From: Kudoa neothunni
Lineage: Eukaryota; Animalia; Cnidaria
Assembly (NCBI GenBank): GCA_964304625.1
Contig: OZ199838.1
Coordinates: 4,042,705 to 4,106,704, forward strand
DNA length: 64,000 bases
Reading direction: 5' to 3'
Of the stretch, positions 26,417 to 40,098 are shown piece after piece (position 1 is the stretch's first letter; the number at the start of each line of letters is the position of its first letter). The notes below the pieces were generated by a model that was given only the letters and a program-made list of their open reading frames with translations, was not told the origin of the DNA and did not search any database. The translations under genes and the position numbers were made by a program.

Positions 26417-29400
26417 GGCACTGGCTATTTTCACGGTGACGAATATCTCCTTCATTTTATGCAATATTCTTCGTTTGAATTCACGGATGTATTAACATAT
26501 TTTTTATCTACATAATATCTCATTTCTATGATAAAAACTTTTTATCAAAATTTACATATTAATGTCACGTTTTCTGCTCTTACTATCATTTCCAAACACA
26601 TTTATTAGGACGGATATGTTTGTTTTATGTAATATTTTAAGTCTAATGAAACGTAAAGTTATTCTTTAATGAAAAAAAGACGAATTGCATTAACTTTAAC
26701 TACTGCACATTCGTATAAATTACTTGGACCGATGTATATTTTCGTATCTTAGACAAAGGGTCCTTCTGTAAATACTTCCAAAAAGTTTGTAGAATGATGA
26801 TATAGATTCTCATATGCAATAGATATACTAAATAATATGATATAATTCGAGTTAGAAAAATGTATCATTCTTATTATCATTGTCAATATGTTTATGTAAA
26901 CAAATTCCATGTCGCATAAAAAGATTGGAAATAAGTTGATGATGGCGTAACTATAGATGCACTTGGGTAACAGATAATAACTAATGTAATTGTTAGCGTA
27001 TATTATTATTTATGTATTGTTCCTTCTTTTGCGGGGTTTTCTTTTTGGAAGGCCAATCGCAGTTATTCTACTACCCTTTGGGTTACCTATCGATTTTATC
27101 TTTGATGGAATTATTAGATCTAAATGTAATTGTTATTTATTTTGAAAAACTAGCTTATTTTTATAATGACAACAATAATTTCTCTGAGGTGTCATTTAAT
27201 TAGGATTTTTGTTAATCTCTATGACTTATCACTTCTTTACAAATATGCTAATCAATGAAATCTAGAAAATAATTTACGATTATTTCGCTCTCGTAGTCTT
27301 CCGGATTCATCTAAAAACACCACGGTAAATGTGTTTAATTTTAATCAAATATTTACTCGATATTTTATTTTCGGAATTAATGCAAAAGGATGAGTCAAAT
27401 AAATTTTCTTTGTTGAAATTACATCTCACTATAAAATATATATTATAGGATCAGAAAATTATTTTCTCCGTTTATAACGTCAACCAGTTTTGTTTTTTCA
27501 TGATTCTTAATAATGTCTTCTAAAATTCTAAAAGCATCTAAGCACATTTCGTAGAAATCCCCGCAGAACTCAGCTGATGTTGCAGCTAATTTATTGGAGT
27601 ATGCTGACGATAACTTCAATCTTTGTAAGTAAGTTTTAATCGAATCGCTAGGTTTGACCCTTACGATATCATGTTCCGAAGCATGAACATCATTTTCAAT
27701 GACGAATGCATTAATGAAATTAGAAGCATGCTGTCGCGACCACCGATAGTCACACAAACTTTCATCGAACAAATCAACAAAATCTGATGTCCTTTTATGA
27801 AAAATATGCGCACACGGCAGATTGAATGACAGACGTTGTTGGCAGTTACATGAGCTCACATCTGACTCAAATGAATTATCCGTGTCTTTAATATTAAGTA
27901 ATTCTTTTAAAACAATTTTCGAGACAAATGGCGTTAAATAGTTTAAATATTTTGTGTAAATATTATTATTTATTTTTGTATCAAAATTTTTCAATAGATC
28001 AGTGACGATTTTATTTTTTCACTCGATTCTAATTGATTTTATGTAAATAAAAAAACTCACTAAAAATTTTACAATAGTTTAAAACCTTTTGATAACCCTT
28101 TTTAATTGGCAATTTGGGGCTTCTAACCGGTTATTACTTGCATTATCATAGAAATTTTTTGCCGAATTCAAACCAACAACCCATTCTTTAATAGTAGGTT
28201 CCCAGTTCTTTTCAAAATATTTCTTTTGATCAGTAATACCAAGTTCAAATAACTTTTTTTCCAATCATTAAAATGTATTTTACACATCGCATATGTCATT
28301 TTACTGGTAACTTCCAATAAAAATATCCTTTTTCTAGAAGTAATTTTATATTTATCGACTTATATTTATTTCCCTTTGAAATGCTTGAAGAACGTGGATG
28401 GGATCGGCACATTAGAAGCGACGCTGGTGGAAAAGATGAAAAGATTCCCTTAGAAATTTTCTTAAATTTTGGTCTTTATCACTGACAATCGTTGAAATTT
28501 TTGCGCTAACCAAAGGGCTGCATCAGATAATTCCTCCAATATCCATTTAATAGATTCCTCGGTTTCTTCATACAGAACGCAAGAACTTGTTATATGTGTT
28601 TGTTCAAATGAGTCTTCTGACGCAGTTAAAGAAAGTAGAGCCCTAAAAAGAAAGGAAATTCTTAATTAAAAATTATTTGTTACGTTGAATCCATAAGTTT
28701 TTAAGTTTCATCCATAAACATGAGTTCTGGAAAATATTCAAACGCCCTTTTCATTTCATTTGCCATGAAGAATATTCCGCGGACTATATTATGACTTGAG
28801 AATATTTTGAAGTTACAATGGTAATATTCTTTCAGCAACTTTACGACTGAGTCCATGTCTTTTATTTTTTTCTGGCGAGAGTTTCTTATCATTGTGCAAG
28901 GATTTTAGCGACACATTCATTCCTGTTTTTTGATTTAATTTATTCGGAATGAACTTTTTATTCGCCCCGAGAAATATCAATTATGATACAAATGGATCCG
29001 AGAGATTTATTTTTCTTTGGCTGAGGTGATTTTCATAAATTTTACCATCGCAAGTATGGTTATATTCAATATTTAGTGACCTTATTTCTAGAAATTGACC
29101 ATCGAGACTAGCAATAAGACTAATGTTAAACGGGAAATCTTTTTAGCGAGACTTTATTTCTCTCTCCCAAACTTTTAGTTTTGTAATTCAAATCAAAGTA
29201 ACATATATATCTTATTTCATAATTTATGAGATTAGGATTGGAATTTTTGTAAATTCTTTTAGCATTTTCGATTATTCCGGGATCTCGAATTTTTAGGTTG
29301 CAGAATGTTTCCTTTTCAAATTCCAAAATTTTGCTTTTCAACTCCTCGTAAGATTCAAGCCTCATCCCACCAATAAATTCTGGTGTATTGTTATCCTCAT

Positions 29401-30051
29401 TGTTTCCAAATGGCACGACGACTTAAGGTTGTCATGATCCGTATTATTTCGCTGTTGCGGTGACATAAATTTAATGTAATCCCGTTTGTGTAGATATTTT
29501 GAAATAAATTTTAAATCTTTTATTAACATTTTTTGAGCGAAATTAAGAAATTGATAAAAACAGTTATACCATTTGATATTTAGTTTTCCTCCTAATAATT
29601 AAAATTAATGAGTGAATACAATTATATATTATTGAATTATACATTAACATCTTATTAAAAATGATGATCTAAATGTCTTATACGATCTTACATCTAATTC
29701 TCACTAATTCATTCGAATTTTCACACAGGAAATACGAGGGAGCCGAGAATTTACGCTTATGATGTGAGTTTCCAACATGCAATAGCACAGCTTTTTCATC
29801 AAAGAATAACGTACCGCTTTATTAAACTTAAAATATTACGTAAATAAAATATATCTGTCCTGATAAATGTGCTTGGAAATGATAATAAGAGCAGAAAACG
29901 TGATATTTATACGTAAATTTTGATAAAAAACTTTTAGCATAAAAATGAGATATTATATAGATACAAAATATTTTAATGCATCTGTGAATTCAAAAAAAGA
30001 ATATTGTAAAAAATGAAGGAGATATTCGTTACCGTGAAAATAGTCAGTGCC
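26417..30051 (-). mobile_element. MULE element 2 with long (~250 bp) TIRs and decayed transposase (~27030-29416)
   Basis: GGCACTGGCTATTTTCACGGTGACGAATATCTCC.. is inverted at 29790-30051, with a perfect 9-bp TSD TAATATTTT (26408-26416 and 30052-30060). Protein fragments FPELMFMDET, SNNRLEAPN, SWIM CNCQQRLSFNLPCAH. Confidence 0.95.
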
Positions 30052-30487
30052 TAATATTTTATCACAGTGACTCATAAATTAAATTAATTAGTAATTTCAA
30101 ATATAATTTAAGAGATACCAAATTTTTTTATTTCAAATTTCGCATTATTCTGATAAAATAATACTATAAGAGAGATGGTTTGTGTTACCAGGTATAACTT
30201 TAAACATTTTTTTAGTTCGAATAAATGAATCTAATTAAAATCTAACCATTTGATCTATCTATTATCCATAATGGTTATAATTTATCGAACCTCTTGAATG
30301 GGTAAGTGTTAATAAAATTTCTTCAAATTAAATTGCTTGAATAATTTTCTTAAATAGATGCTCTGCATATTTTTTAGGTTCAGCTCATAAATATACAAAG
30401 GTGGGATAAGAGTAATTGTTTTTAGCTGATCAAAAGAAAATTACTTAAAGCTCGGCTGAACTATCCTCTAATACGGCAAATATAGAT

Positions 30488-33400
30488 ATGGATATTTTTG
30501 AGACGTATATCTCAAAAATTGATGCAGCATTAGAATCACTCAATCAAAATGGCTACAATCTTCTTTTGTCACATGTTGGCGATATAATCAAACAACTGAT
30601 GAAGTTGATACAAAATAAAAAACCTTACTATCACTTGAAAAAGAAAAGATACATAAATAGCGAACCAACAGAGTCCATTCAAATATTGAACGGCAAACTA
30701 CTAGATATACTTGGGGATGGCTCGCTCAACCTTGTATCTTCTGTGAATGAGATGCTGATTGAAAGTGTAATCCGTGCGTTAATTTTGTCTATTCCATTTT
30801 GTGAAATCAGTTTTATTGAAACTATTACTTTCACTCTTGTGGATTCGGTTAGTTTGTTCCCGGTTGATGGCCGTCGAATTGCAGTAAAAGTGCTTGCCGA
30901 TTATTTCATACCGATGAATTCGATAATCAAAGGCGAAGACGTAAGTTGGAGTTGTTATTTGATTTAGAAATTAACTAAATCAACTCATTATTTTAACTAT
31001 TAGTTTAAATAATTATTGTTAGGCGTATCTATCCCAACGTCTTATGATTTTCTGTGTTTTTAGGACGAAGATTTTCAATTTTTCTGCGAAATGGTAATGC
31101 ATTCTACTGTTGGGAAATTGGGAACCAATCTAAACGAGTATCTTCCTTTAATCGAAAGTATTGTGTATTGGTCACAGCGTGATATGTTACAATTGCTACT
31201 GAACACCGCGTTGTTGAGCAACTCCATAGAACAGGAAGTCTGCGTAAAAGCAATAATCCATTATCTAAGTCCAATAGATATAGGAGAAAAATTTGTGCAA
31301 CAGGTACTCTTCTTAATTCAAATAATATCGACCTATCAACATTCCATTTTAAATTTAGAAATCTAAATGCAACAATTTATTTTGCAAAAATAAAATGAGC
31401 ACTATGGCGATATTGGTAATGGATCAGACCACTTCGGTAATGATGGGGATGACATCCCCTCCATTGATTGTGTGTGATGTGTGTTCGGAGCAAATTAAAA
31501 GCAATTTCAAACACGGAATCTATGTACCTCACACTAAACCAATTCCAATCAAAACTCTGGTATACAATACCGATTTGGTTGATGATGAAAGCTACGTTAT
31601 TTCATGCCAGATTGAGCAATGCTCACGTACCGCCGAATATTTAAGTATTGCTTTCTACAGATCCAAGTCTACCGAACTTGAGGTGGTATTTGATAGTATG
31701 GCCAAATATCTATGCCATACCTGCCACCAACAATATCCCCACACACAATGTCAATATTTGTTTTCGTTTACTCACATATCCAAATTGACAAAAATGACTG
31801 ACCAACTTGTGTTTGAAATGTTTGTGGATTTGTTTTTAAAAGTGTTGGATCAGTTTGAAGGCATCACATTGGCATACGAGTACAAACAAACCCTCTCCCA
31901 ATCTCTACGAAACAACGCTGCTACACACAGCACAAATGAATCTACTGATTTCAATCAGCAACTAAACAGTTCAACATATTCAGTTTTCTTCATGTTGTCG
32001 AAAATTCTTGGATTTATTGTGTTCTACAAAGAAATTACTTTTGTGGATGAGATAGTGAATCGTTTCTCGGTTAGTCAATGGCGCCCTAGGGAGGCTTTAA
32101 TTAAAAATAAATTGTTTCACGAGAAAATAACAGAAATGATTATGAAAAGTTTATCTTTTATGCATCGAAATAAACAAAACGGTTTGTTAAAGATATCAGA
32201 TCCTCAGCTGTTTGATACTTTTAAAGAGTGGTTAAATATTATGCACGACATCAACCTAACCTCCTACACCTCTAGTCTGTATGTACAACTACGGATTCCT
32301 CATAATGAAGATCCTCTTTTGAATGACGCCTACACTACCATCCAGAATTCATTCAAAATTCTAGAATCAATTATTCAAATTAAAATTATCTCCCTAGAAA
32401 CGATTTATGATGTATTTTTCCAGCATTTGGATGTGGTTACAGAGATGTTCCATGTGGAGAGCAGATTTAGCAAATTTAAACTCAATCAAAAACAACTGGT
32501 CAGCCTAAAAGCTAATATCAAGGCGTTATACAGCATTATTACCCAGAAGGAAAATGGTCACGGTTCTCCCAATATAATTAACTATATCTATCAAATATTA
32601 TCTAAAAGTGATGATGACACTATAGCAAAAATAATGTGGAAATTAAGATTGTTATCGTACTGCAAAGTAACTCTCCCTTTGCAGGCTGTGCTGGATACTA
32701 TTCACTATTTTCTACAAAATCATAGCCTCATCTATTCTCAATACAAGGATAGACTACAATATTTTGTTTATGAAACCTATTCGGATTCTAATATTTGTTT
32801 CAAATGTAATAAATCCAGCTTTTTTCTAGAGGTTGGTTTTATCAAAGAGAACTGTTGCTTCAGATTTAATGCAATCTCAAAAACCCCCAAATACAACAAC
32901 CAAATAGAACAAGCTTTTTATTCGTTTATTTGTTTGGATCTCATTTTATCAACGTTGATCCCATTCGAAAATAAAGTTTGTATAATGAGAGTGTATTCCG
33001 AACATGGACGCAATTCGCTGTTTAAAGTGGTGATCGATTTGATTAGACTTTTCTCAAGAGATGGAAACTATCCTCAAAATAAAGATATGTGTAGGATTTT
33101 TGCTGGCACATTGTACTTTCTGGTGGTCAGTATTTCGCATAAGGAAGGACAGAATTTGGCGATCCCTGAAAAAGAGGAAAACGTCAATTACATGCCGATA
33201 CAATTTCCACCTAACAGTAATTTTTAGTTATAATAAATTTAAATATATATCCTAATTAAAATACATATTTGAAGTTAATTTATTTGTATTTTCACGAGTA
33301 TTTAGATAAAACAAAATTTGAGGAAATGTGCGAAAGTATGTGCGACCCGAACTCGACTCTCCCCTATATCGTAAGAGTTGGCGCTATTGTAGGTCATATG

Positions 33401-36400
33401 TTGTATGTATTGTGTTTGGAAGATGAGCACCACGATGTGTACACAGCTGCTTCATTATGTACGATAATTAAATTTGTGTTTTTTGATGAGAAATACTTCG
33501 GTTGGTGTGTGGAAGAATCCAACAACCAAACAGCGCGTGGCACGTTCACCAAGGATATACTGCCAAGTTTGTGGACATCTCAAAAGTATGACGATCTCGC
33601 TACATCATCCGAATCTGCAAAAATATTTCTCACCATATGCCGAACAGATAAAGGTTTCGAGTATTTAGTTGAAGAGATTATTTCTTATACTGAAAATGTC
33701 CTCACTAAATTTGCATCTGCAGCAGCATCAGACGTCTCTAATATCCACTCAGATACATCAAATCTTGAGATGGTAGAACAGCTGTCAGTCTGTTTATATT
33801 GTTTGACATTGGAAGGAGTATGGATAAAAAAGTATAGCAATGGAGTGATTTTTGTGTTGTTCTGTGTGTCGTTATTGATACTTCTTCAAAATCATGTCCA
33901 TCCCAATGTGGCGTGCCTTTCGACAGAATTCATGAGAAATATCCCCGATAACAGCCAGAAAATCATCATGGAATGTATTAATATGCAGTATAATTTTGTG
34001 GCTGAAGATCGACTTTTTCTAATACTTATATCGATGACCCTTATGAGAACTTGTAATGTGTATGTTGTCAGGAAAAATCTGCTATTATGGTGGAATCTTT
34101 CGTTCTCAAGCGAAATAGAGGATAATTCGCACGCATCAGGGTTTAAAACATCATCCAATCCTAATGGAATATCGTTGTCCAGTATCAGAGTTTTCAAGGA
34201 AATTTATGGAAGTTGTATGGTTTCCAATTTTATGTTTCCAAAAACTTTCGAAAATTTTGAGAGCCAAACGGAGAAAAATACTAAAATACATTCACTTTTT
34301 TTGGTGCTTCTCTCCTACAGTATACAAACATTGGCTCAAATAGATGATGTCAGTTATAAGGAGGACATACTCACTTTCAATGATATGTTCACCAAACTTC
34401 TTTTAACAATGGATATCAAATACAAAACAGCCCTATTAGGTGTACCATTCGGCAAGGCGAAACATGTCTATCTTCATTTTATGTGGTATCTACTAGATAA
34501 AAACTACAAAGTGGGCCAATACTTTGTACCAAGCGTCATTGAAGTTCTTAAAAACAATGTTGAAGATCCAGGGTTGAATCCTTTACCATCGAAAAAGTTG
34601 CTGCTCGAAGAAAGAGTGGTTGAAAATATAAAAGATTTAGCCGAATCCACGGACTCTCTAAACAATGGTATAGTGAGTTTGCTGGCCGAGGAGCGACATA
34701 TGTTTCTAAAGATGTTAAATCTTCTACTGTACAAATACGACCTAGCAACATATAGAAACAATCTCAAACTAATCATGGATCACATCCATAGCGTTCTAGA
34801 TGGCCATATCCATATTTGCTTAAACAAGAAAAAGTCTCTATTAGCTGCTGCACAAAACGATTCCCTCAATGAAATTATTACAGCCTTTGAATTACACAAT
34901 TTTGACGAATTGAAACAATGCGCTTCCTGTGGGGTTCCACTATTCAAAGTGGACAATCGAACCATATGTTTATCGCTGATAACACTGACAGAGTTTCATC
35001 TTCACAATTTCAAAATAGCATCATCTTTACTGTACAGAACTATAAATTTGATTTATAAATTCTCCTACTACGACAACTTGTATGGTAAGTTTAAAGCAGC
35101 ACCAGTGCGTGTAAATTCAGACGAAGCGGCTCCTCCAATTCCTTTGTCTATCACATCGGTCGCCACCAAATGCTTCCACCAGCTAATTTTCAAGCTTGAA
35201 CAGCTCAATTTTCTGGCCGAATTCTTCAAAATAGAGTTTGTTGAACCATATCCATTTTTCTACACACTTGTATTTGCAATTGTGGTGTGTGATTCGTTTG
35301 ATGCTGTTTTGAAGTTTCTTTCAAACGCCTGTCAAAAATTCATCAGCGAAAAAGAAGAATTTTTTCAACATTCTGATATTATTTTGACCAATTTTACCAT
35401 TATTCTCCATTGCTCGAGAGATATTCTACTCACCCATGATACACATGCTATCAACTACAACGTTATGAAAATTCGCGATTTTCTCACTGATATCAACTTG
35501 GATATCGTGTATGGATTGAAGTCGACTGTTTTCAAAAGTGACAAAATGAGCATCACTGCGGATCTTATGGTAGACACTTGTACATCATTCGATTCAATGA
35601 TCAAGTTGATATCATCTGCCAGCGACGGCTCAAAAGTACCACCTGAACTCTCCGCCGAAATGGTGCTAGAATTGATAAAATTCAACTCAACCACTTGTTT
35701 CTATTATGAAAATCTTGTTGGTTTTATAGAAAAACTTTTCAAATCACAAAACGTTCCCGTACTTACCATGGTCAAAATTGCTGTTCAATGGTATTGTACA
35801 AGCGCTGATTCTAGCGATCAACTCACTATTATAACCCAACTCGTAGATGCTTTATTAGTTTCACTGCGAAATCTAATAGTTAAAAGAAACCAACACGACG
35901 GTCGCATAAAAAATATAGTTGTTTTTCTTGTTAAGGTTGCTGGAACAAAATTTATATCACAAGAATTTTCCATGGATATCACCAATAAAAATATTGTTAC
36001 CTCACTTGAAACAATTCCCTCCGAAGCATTATCTTCCATAGTGACTAAGAAAATAATGTTCATATATGATACTATACATAAACTTTACATCAATCCAACA
36101 ACCGGACTTTCCAATAGAAACTCCAGGACAGCTACGTTCCACGCACGTATCGAATACGTTAGGCTTCCATTAGCACAGGTATTACTACTCAATTAGTCTG
36201 CATTAGCTTATCTTACTGCTCATCATTATCTACTGTATTAACATGATGGAAAATCAAGTTGATGAAATGTGTGTTTAGGCGTTGGCAGTTTCATTGGAGA
36301 AATTGTCAAATTTTCAAAAAAATCTGATATTTTCAGAGATGTTTCCGTGGCTTAACAAAAACTCCATACAACAGCATATGCCAGACAATTACGCATCGAT

Positions 36401-37189
36401 GGAGAATATGATTTTTCGTATGAGGGATATTTTTTGGCTACTATTTGGGCGAATTGCCCACAATGTCCATTGGAATGAGAAACTTGGCCCAAATTCACTG
36501 ATGAACGAGCTTAATCTTGGTCTTGTGCTGTGTTGTTTGAATATCATTTTGGATTGTATGTGCAGCAAACGAGTGATCATAACTAGGGCTTATCATGGTA
36601 GCAATTTCAAGTATCTTGTGACCTACTATGCTATACTTTGTGTGTATGGTGAGATGACTCAAGAATTCAAAGACGATTCCCAAATATTTCGAGTAATTAT
36701 TTGATGGCTACAATATTCTCAAGTCCATTACTATAGGCCCCCAAATCCCAACCCTATGTTTTCACTTGCTCTATGATGTGGACTGAATTTTTGGATAAAG
36801 TTATTCCTAACACGACTGAATATGCGATTTTTGCCTCGTTGCTTAACTCCAAAGGCAAGTTTATCTCTGCATTTATCCAAGATATTTATATGACAAGTTG
36901 TGAACTGGTTAAAATGGGGTACGTATCACCAACCTGCGTTATCTATCAGTTGGAGCCATTTTTGGTTAAAATTGAACAAGGTTTACAAGAAACCAAACAT
37001 AATACTCTTCAAAGCTCAATTGATGGGTCCATCAACAACAGTGAACCTAGTTACAAATACGACGCCACCGACGGACAGAAGCTAGTCTTATTTACTCCAG
37101 TTGATGTTGAAGATAATAAAAAACTTAAAATAGAATGGTTCGATAGAATATCCAGTGAATTAATAGATATAGAAAAACAAATTTTATAG
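30488..37189 (+). CDS. UNC79: UNC79 (NALCN channelosome subunit), multi-exon, ~2100 aa; 5' end uncertain
   Basis: LIESVIRALILSIPF..ETITFTLVDSVSLFP..VLADYFIPM and ILVMDQTTSVMMGMTSPPLIVCDVCSEQI..SCQIEQC..YLCHTCH match the UNC79 N-terminal helical region and Cys cluster (KMCIDPSLSVALGDKPPPLYLCEECSERI). The ORFs appear joinable by short GT-AG introns (e.g. 33216-33305 restores frame). Confidence 0.85.
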
Positions 37190-37659
37190 TTACCTTTTTT
37201 TGATACGTTTTATTAGGTATTTTCACTAGACTTCTATAAATTGGGATATTCATTTATATTTGTTGTGAAAATCAAGATTGTCAAAGTGAAAATATGTTGA
37301 AATATAATTTATATTATACGATTTCTAATCCCCAATGATTCAAAAATTTTATGATAAGTGAATTATTAAATTATTTTGGCAACTTTCATCCTTATCACCT
37401 TAATTAACAAAATAATGGCATTATAATATTTTCTCATTTTTAGAAACCAACAAAATTATTTTACAGCTTAAAAACATCAAACTATTTTGTATCATTCTAC
37501 ATTTATTATTTAAAATATTTTTGAAAAACAAAAAATAAGCTTGAATCTAATATTTTTTCTATTCAAGTGACTCAAAAATGAAAAGAAATGTATTTAACCC
37601 TCTAATGGTGGGGTTCTCAACCTGGGGGTAAAATTTAAATGACAGGGGTAAATTAAATA

Positions 37660-39860
37660 CAGTAGGCAATTGATTTTTCGTACTTTTAAACTTCTTGTTT
37701 CTCAATTACTCTGAAACTTTCTGCAAAAGTAAAGATTCAACGTTAAAATATCATATTAAAATTCAATTTAAATAGTTTAAAAATAAATAAAAAATTATGA
37801 AAATACGAAAAATCCATCAATGCGGATTTTTCGTAGTTTTTAGATGGCGACAAGAAATAATAAATGCAGAACTATTAAAGAAAAATTTGAAATAATCGAA
37901 TTTTTTGAAAACTTTTCTAAGAAGGGAGCGAAAGCCGCAACTGTTCGACATCTAAACTTCCTACAATTTCAACATTGGATGGCATTCTTAATAAGAAGGA
38001 AGAAATTGTGACAGCTTATAAAAGTGGATTAGCTACATCAAAAAAGAAAAATTTGAAGCATGGTATCAACCAAGAGCTTGATTCTGAAATTTTTGAAAGG
38101 ATTAATTTAATGCGTTCGAGAAAAATAGAGTTAACTTCCATGGATATTATTAATAAAAAGAGAGAATTAGGCTCAAATGATTCCTGTGTGGATTCATCAA
38201 CACATGGATGATTTAAAGGTTTTAAATCAAGATTCAATCTAAAAAGACAAAACTTTCATGGTGATTTTTGCCTCGTTGACAGCGAAACAGTTGAAAAATA
38301 GATTCCGTTGTTATTAGATATAATAAAGGACTACTCACCCGACTGTATTTTTAATACCGACGAAACTGGGTTGTACTATCAGTAACAGCGAGGTAGAATG
38401 TTTATTTATATATTATATCATAGTTTTAGGTAAAAGCTATGTCACAACAAAGGAGAATGCTTATAACCGAATCAAAAAGAGTAAAAATAGAATAACTATC
38501 CTTTTTGGTGTTTCTATGTCTGGTGAGAAACTCGATCCTCTGATTATTGGGCATTATGTTAAGCCGAGATGCTTCAAAAATTTACAAAATCTTCCTCTAA
38601 AGTATGCATGTAGCAAAAAAGCATGGATGACTGGTGATATATTTATAAAATATATAACTGGCTTGAATAAGTTTTTTGAAAAAAAAATCGAAGAAAGTTG
38701 TTTTATTTCTCGACAATGCGACTTCGCATTTTCACATGGATTTAAATCCTATAAAAATGGTCTTTCTTCCGCAAAACACGACAAGTGTTTTGAAGCCTTT
38801 AGACCAGGGTATTATCCATTCGTTCAAAGTGGCATACAAAAGAGCAATGATAGAAAAATTTATTGCATTAACAGAAGCTAGTTCTCTCCCAACTCCCCCT
38901 ATCTTCTGGAAGCTATGTTTCTAACTAAAGAAGCGTGGCAGTTTGTAAGCAGTAAGACCATAGAAAATTGTTTTAAAAAAGTTGGGTTTTCATCCGCTGA
39001 CGATAACGACGCCAATAATGAAATTACTCTCCATGAAATGACAGAAATTGATGTGGAGATCGACGAAATAATTCTGGAAGAGAACAGTAATTTTCAAATG
39101 GATGTTGATGATTTAGATAACGTACAGCAAAACATAGAAAAGATAGAAGAACAACATGATGACGATATATACCAAGATTTACCAGTCGAAAATATTTCTT
39201 CAAAGGAAATTATCGAATCAATTCAAAAACTTAAATGTTTCTTTAAGCGTGACGCAGTTGATGAGTATTGTTTGGTCTTAAAACTGGAAAGTACACTGTC
39301 AAAGTTATTATTCAAAAAATTTAACCAAACTAAGATAATTGATTTTTCCCAAAAAAGCGATTCTTAAGGTCGTTTATCCGTTATTTTCGGTTCCCAATAG
39401 TTGTTTTTCATTATTTTTTATTAAAATTGATAATAATTCGGCAGTGTCTATTGGCCCGACGTCGGGCCAATAGACACTTCCTAATAATTTATGAGATATG
39501 ATAAAAAAACAATTACAAAAGTTTTCGGTCGCTACAATAATTTAATTAAAAATCACTTAAATTAAAATCCATAACAGAATAAATTTTTATTTCATCAAAA
39601 ATACGAATTTGATAAAAAAAATTCGTGCAAAAAGTATATAAGGTTTCGAACTAAATATCAATCAGTATAGAAAAAATTAAGTTTATTCACGTCAACAATA
39701 GTATTATATGGTTTCATTTTGTATTATTAATTATTTATATTAAATTTAACAGAAAATGAGATAAATTTCAATAAAAAAACCTGGCTCATCCACTCTCTCA
39801 GTTATCAAATTCTCCCAAATGCGCATGCACCAACAAGTACGAAAAATCGATTGCCTACTG
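37660..39860 (+). mobile_element. Tigger/pogo element 1 with defective transposase (37844-39367)
   Basis: 26-bp TIRs CAGTAGGCAAT(T/C)GATTTTTCGTACTT and TA TSD. CENP-B-type HTH plus NTDETGLYY, KKAWMTGDIF, LFLDNATSH, LKPLDQGIIHSFK. Confidence 0.95.
39440..39481. mobile_element. 42-bp TIR-only derivative of MULE element 1
   Basis: ggcagtgtctattggcccgac|gtcgggccaatagacacttcc, with 9-bp flanks taataattc / taataattt. Confidence 0.9.
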
Positions 39861-40098
39861 TAATATCAAAATTAGATAGGGAGAATTTTTGCATTATAGG
39901 TTTGTGACGTACTTCCGGATTTCTGAGGAATTATATTATTCAGGGATATTAAACTCAATACGAATTCGACAAAATTTCTTAAAATGTTTTTAGGAATAAG
40001 TTTTTAACAACTATTTATAAAACGATTCTCAGTGTCTTTGTTTTATGTCTCGTTTATCTTTTAGTGGTGTAGCCTAATAATAATACTTAAAATGACTA

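Noticed and set aside
8599-36683. Numerous antisense or overlapping 60-130 aa ORFs within BTAF1, UNC79 and the TEs
   Set aside because: Shadow frames of real coding sequence with no recognisable motifs.
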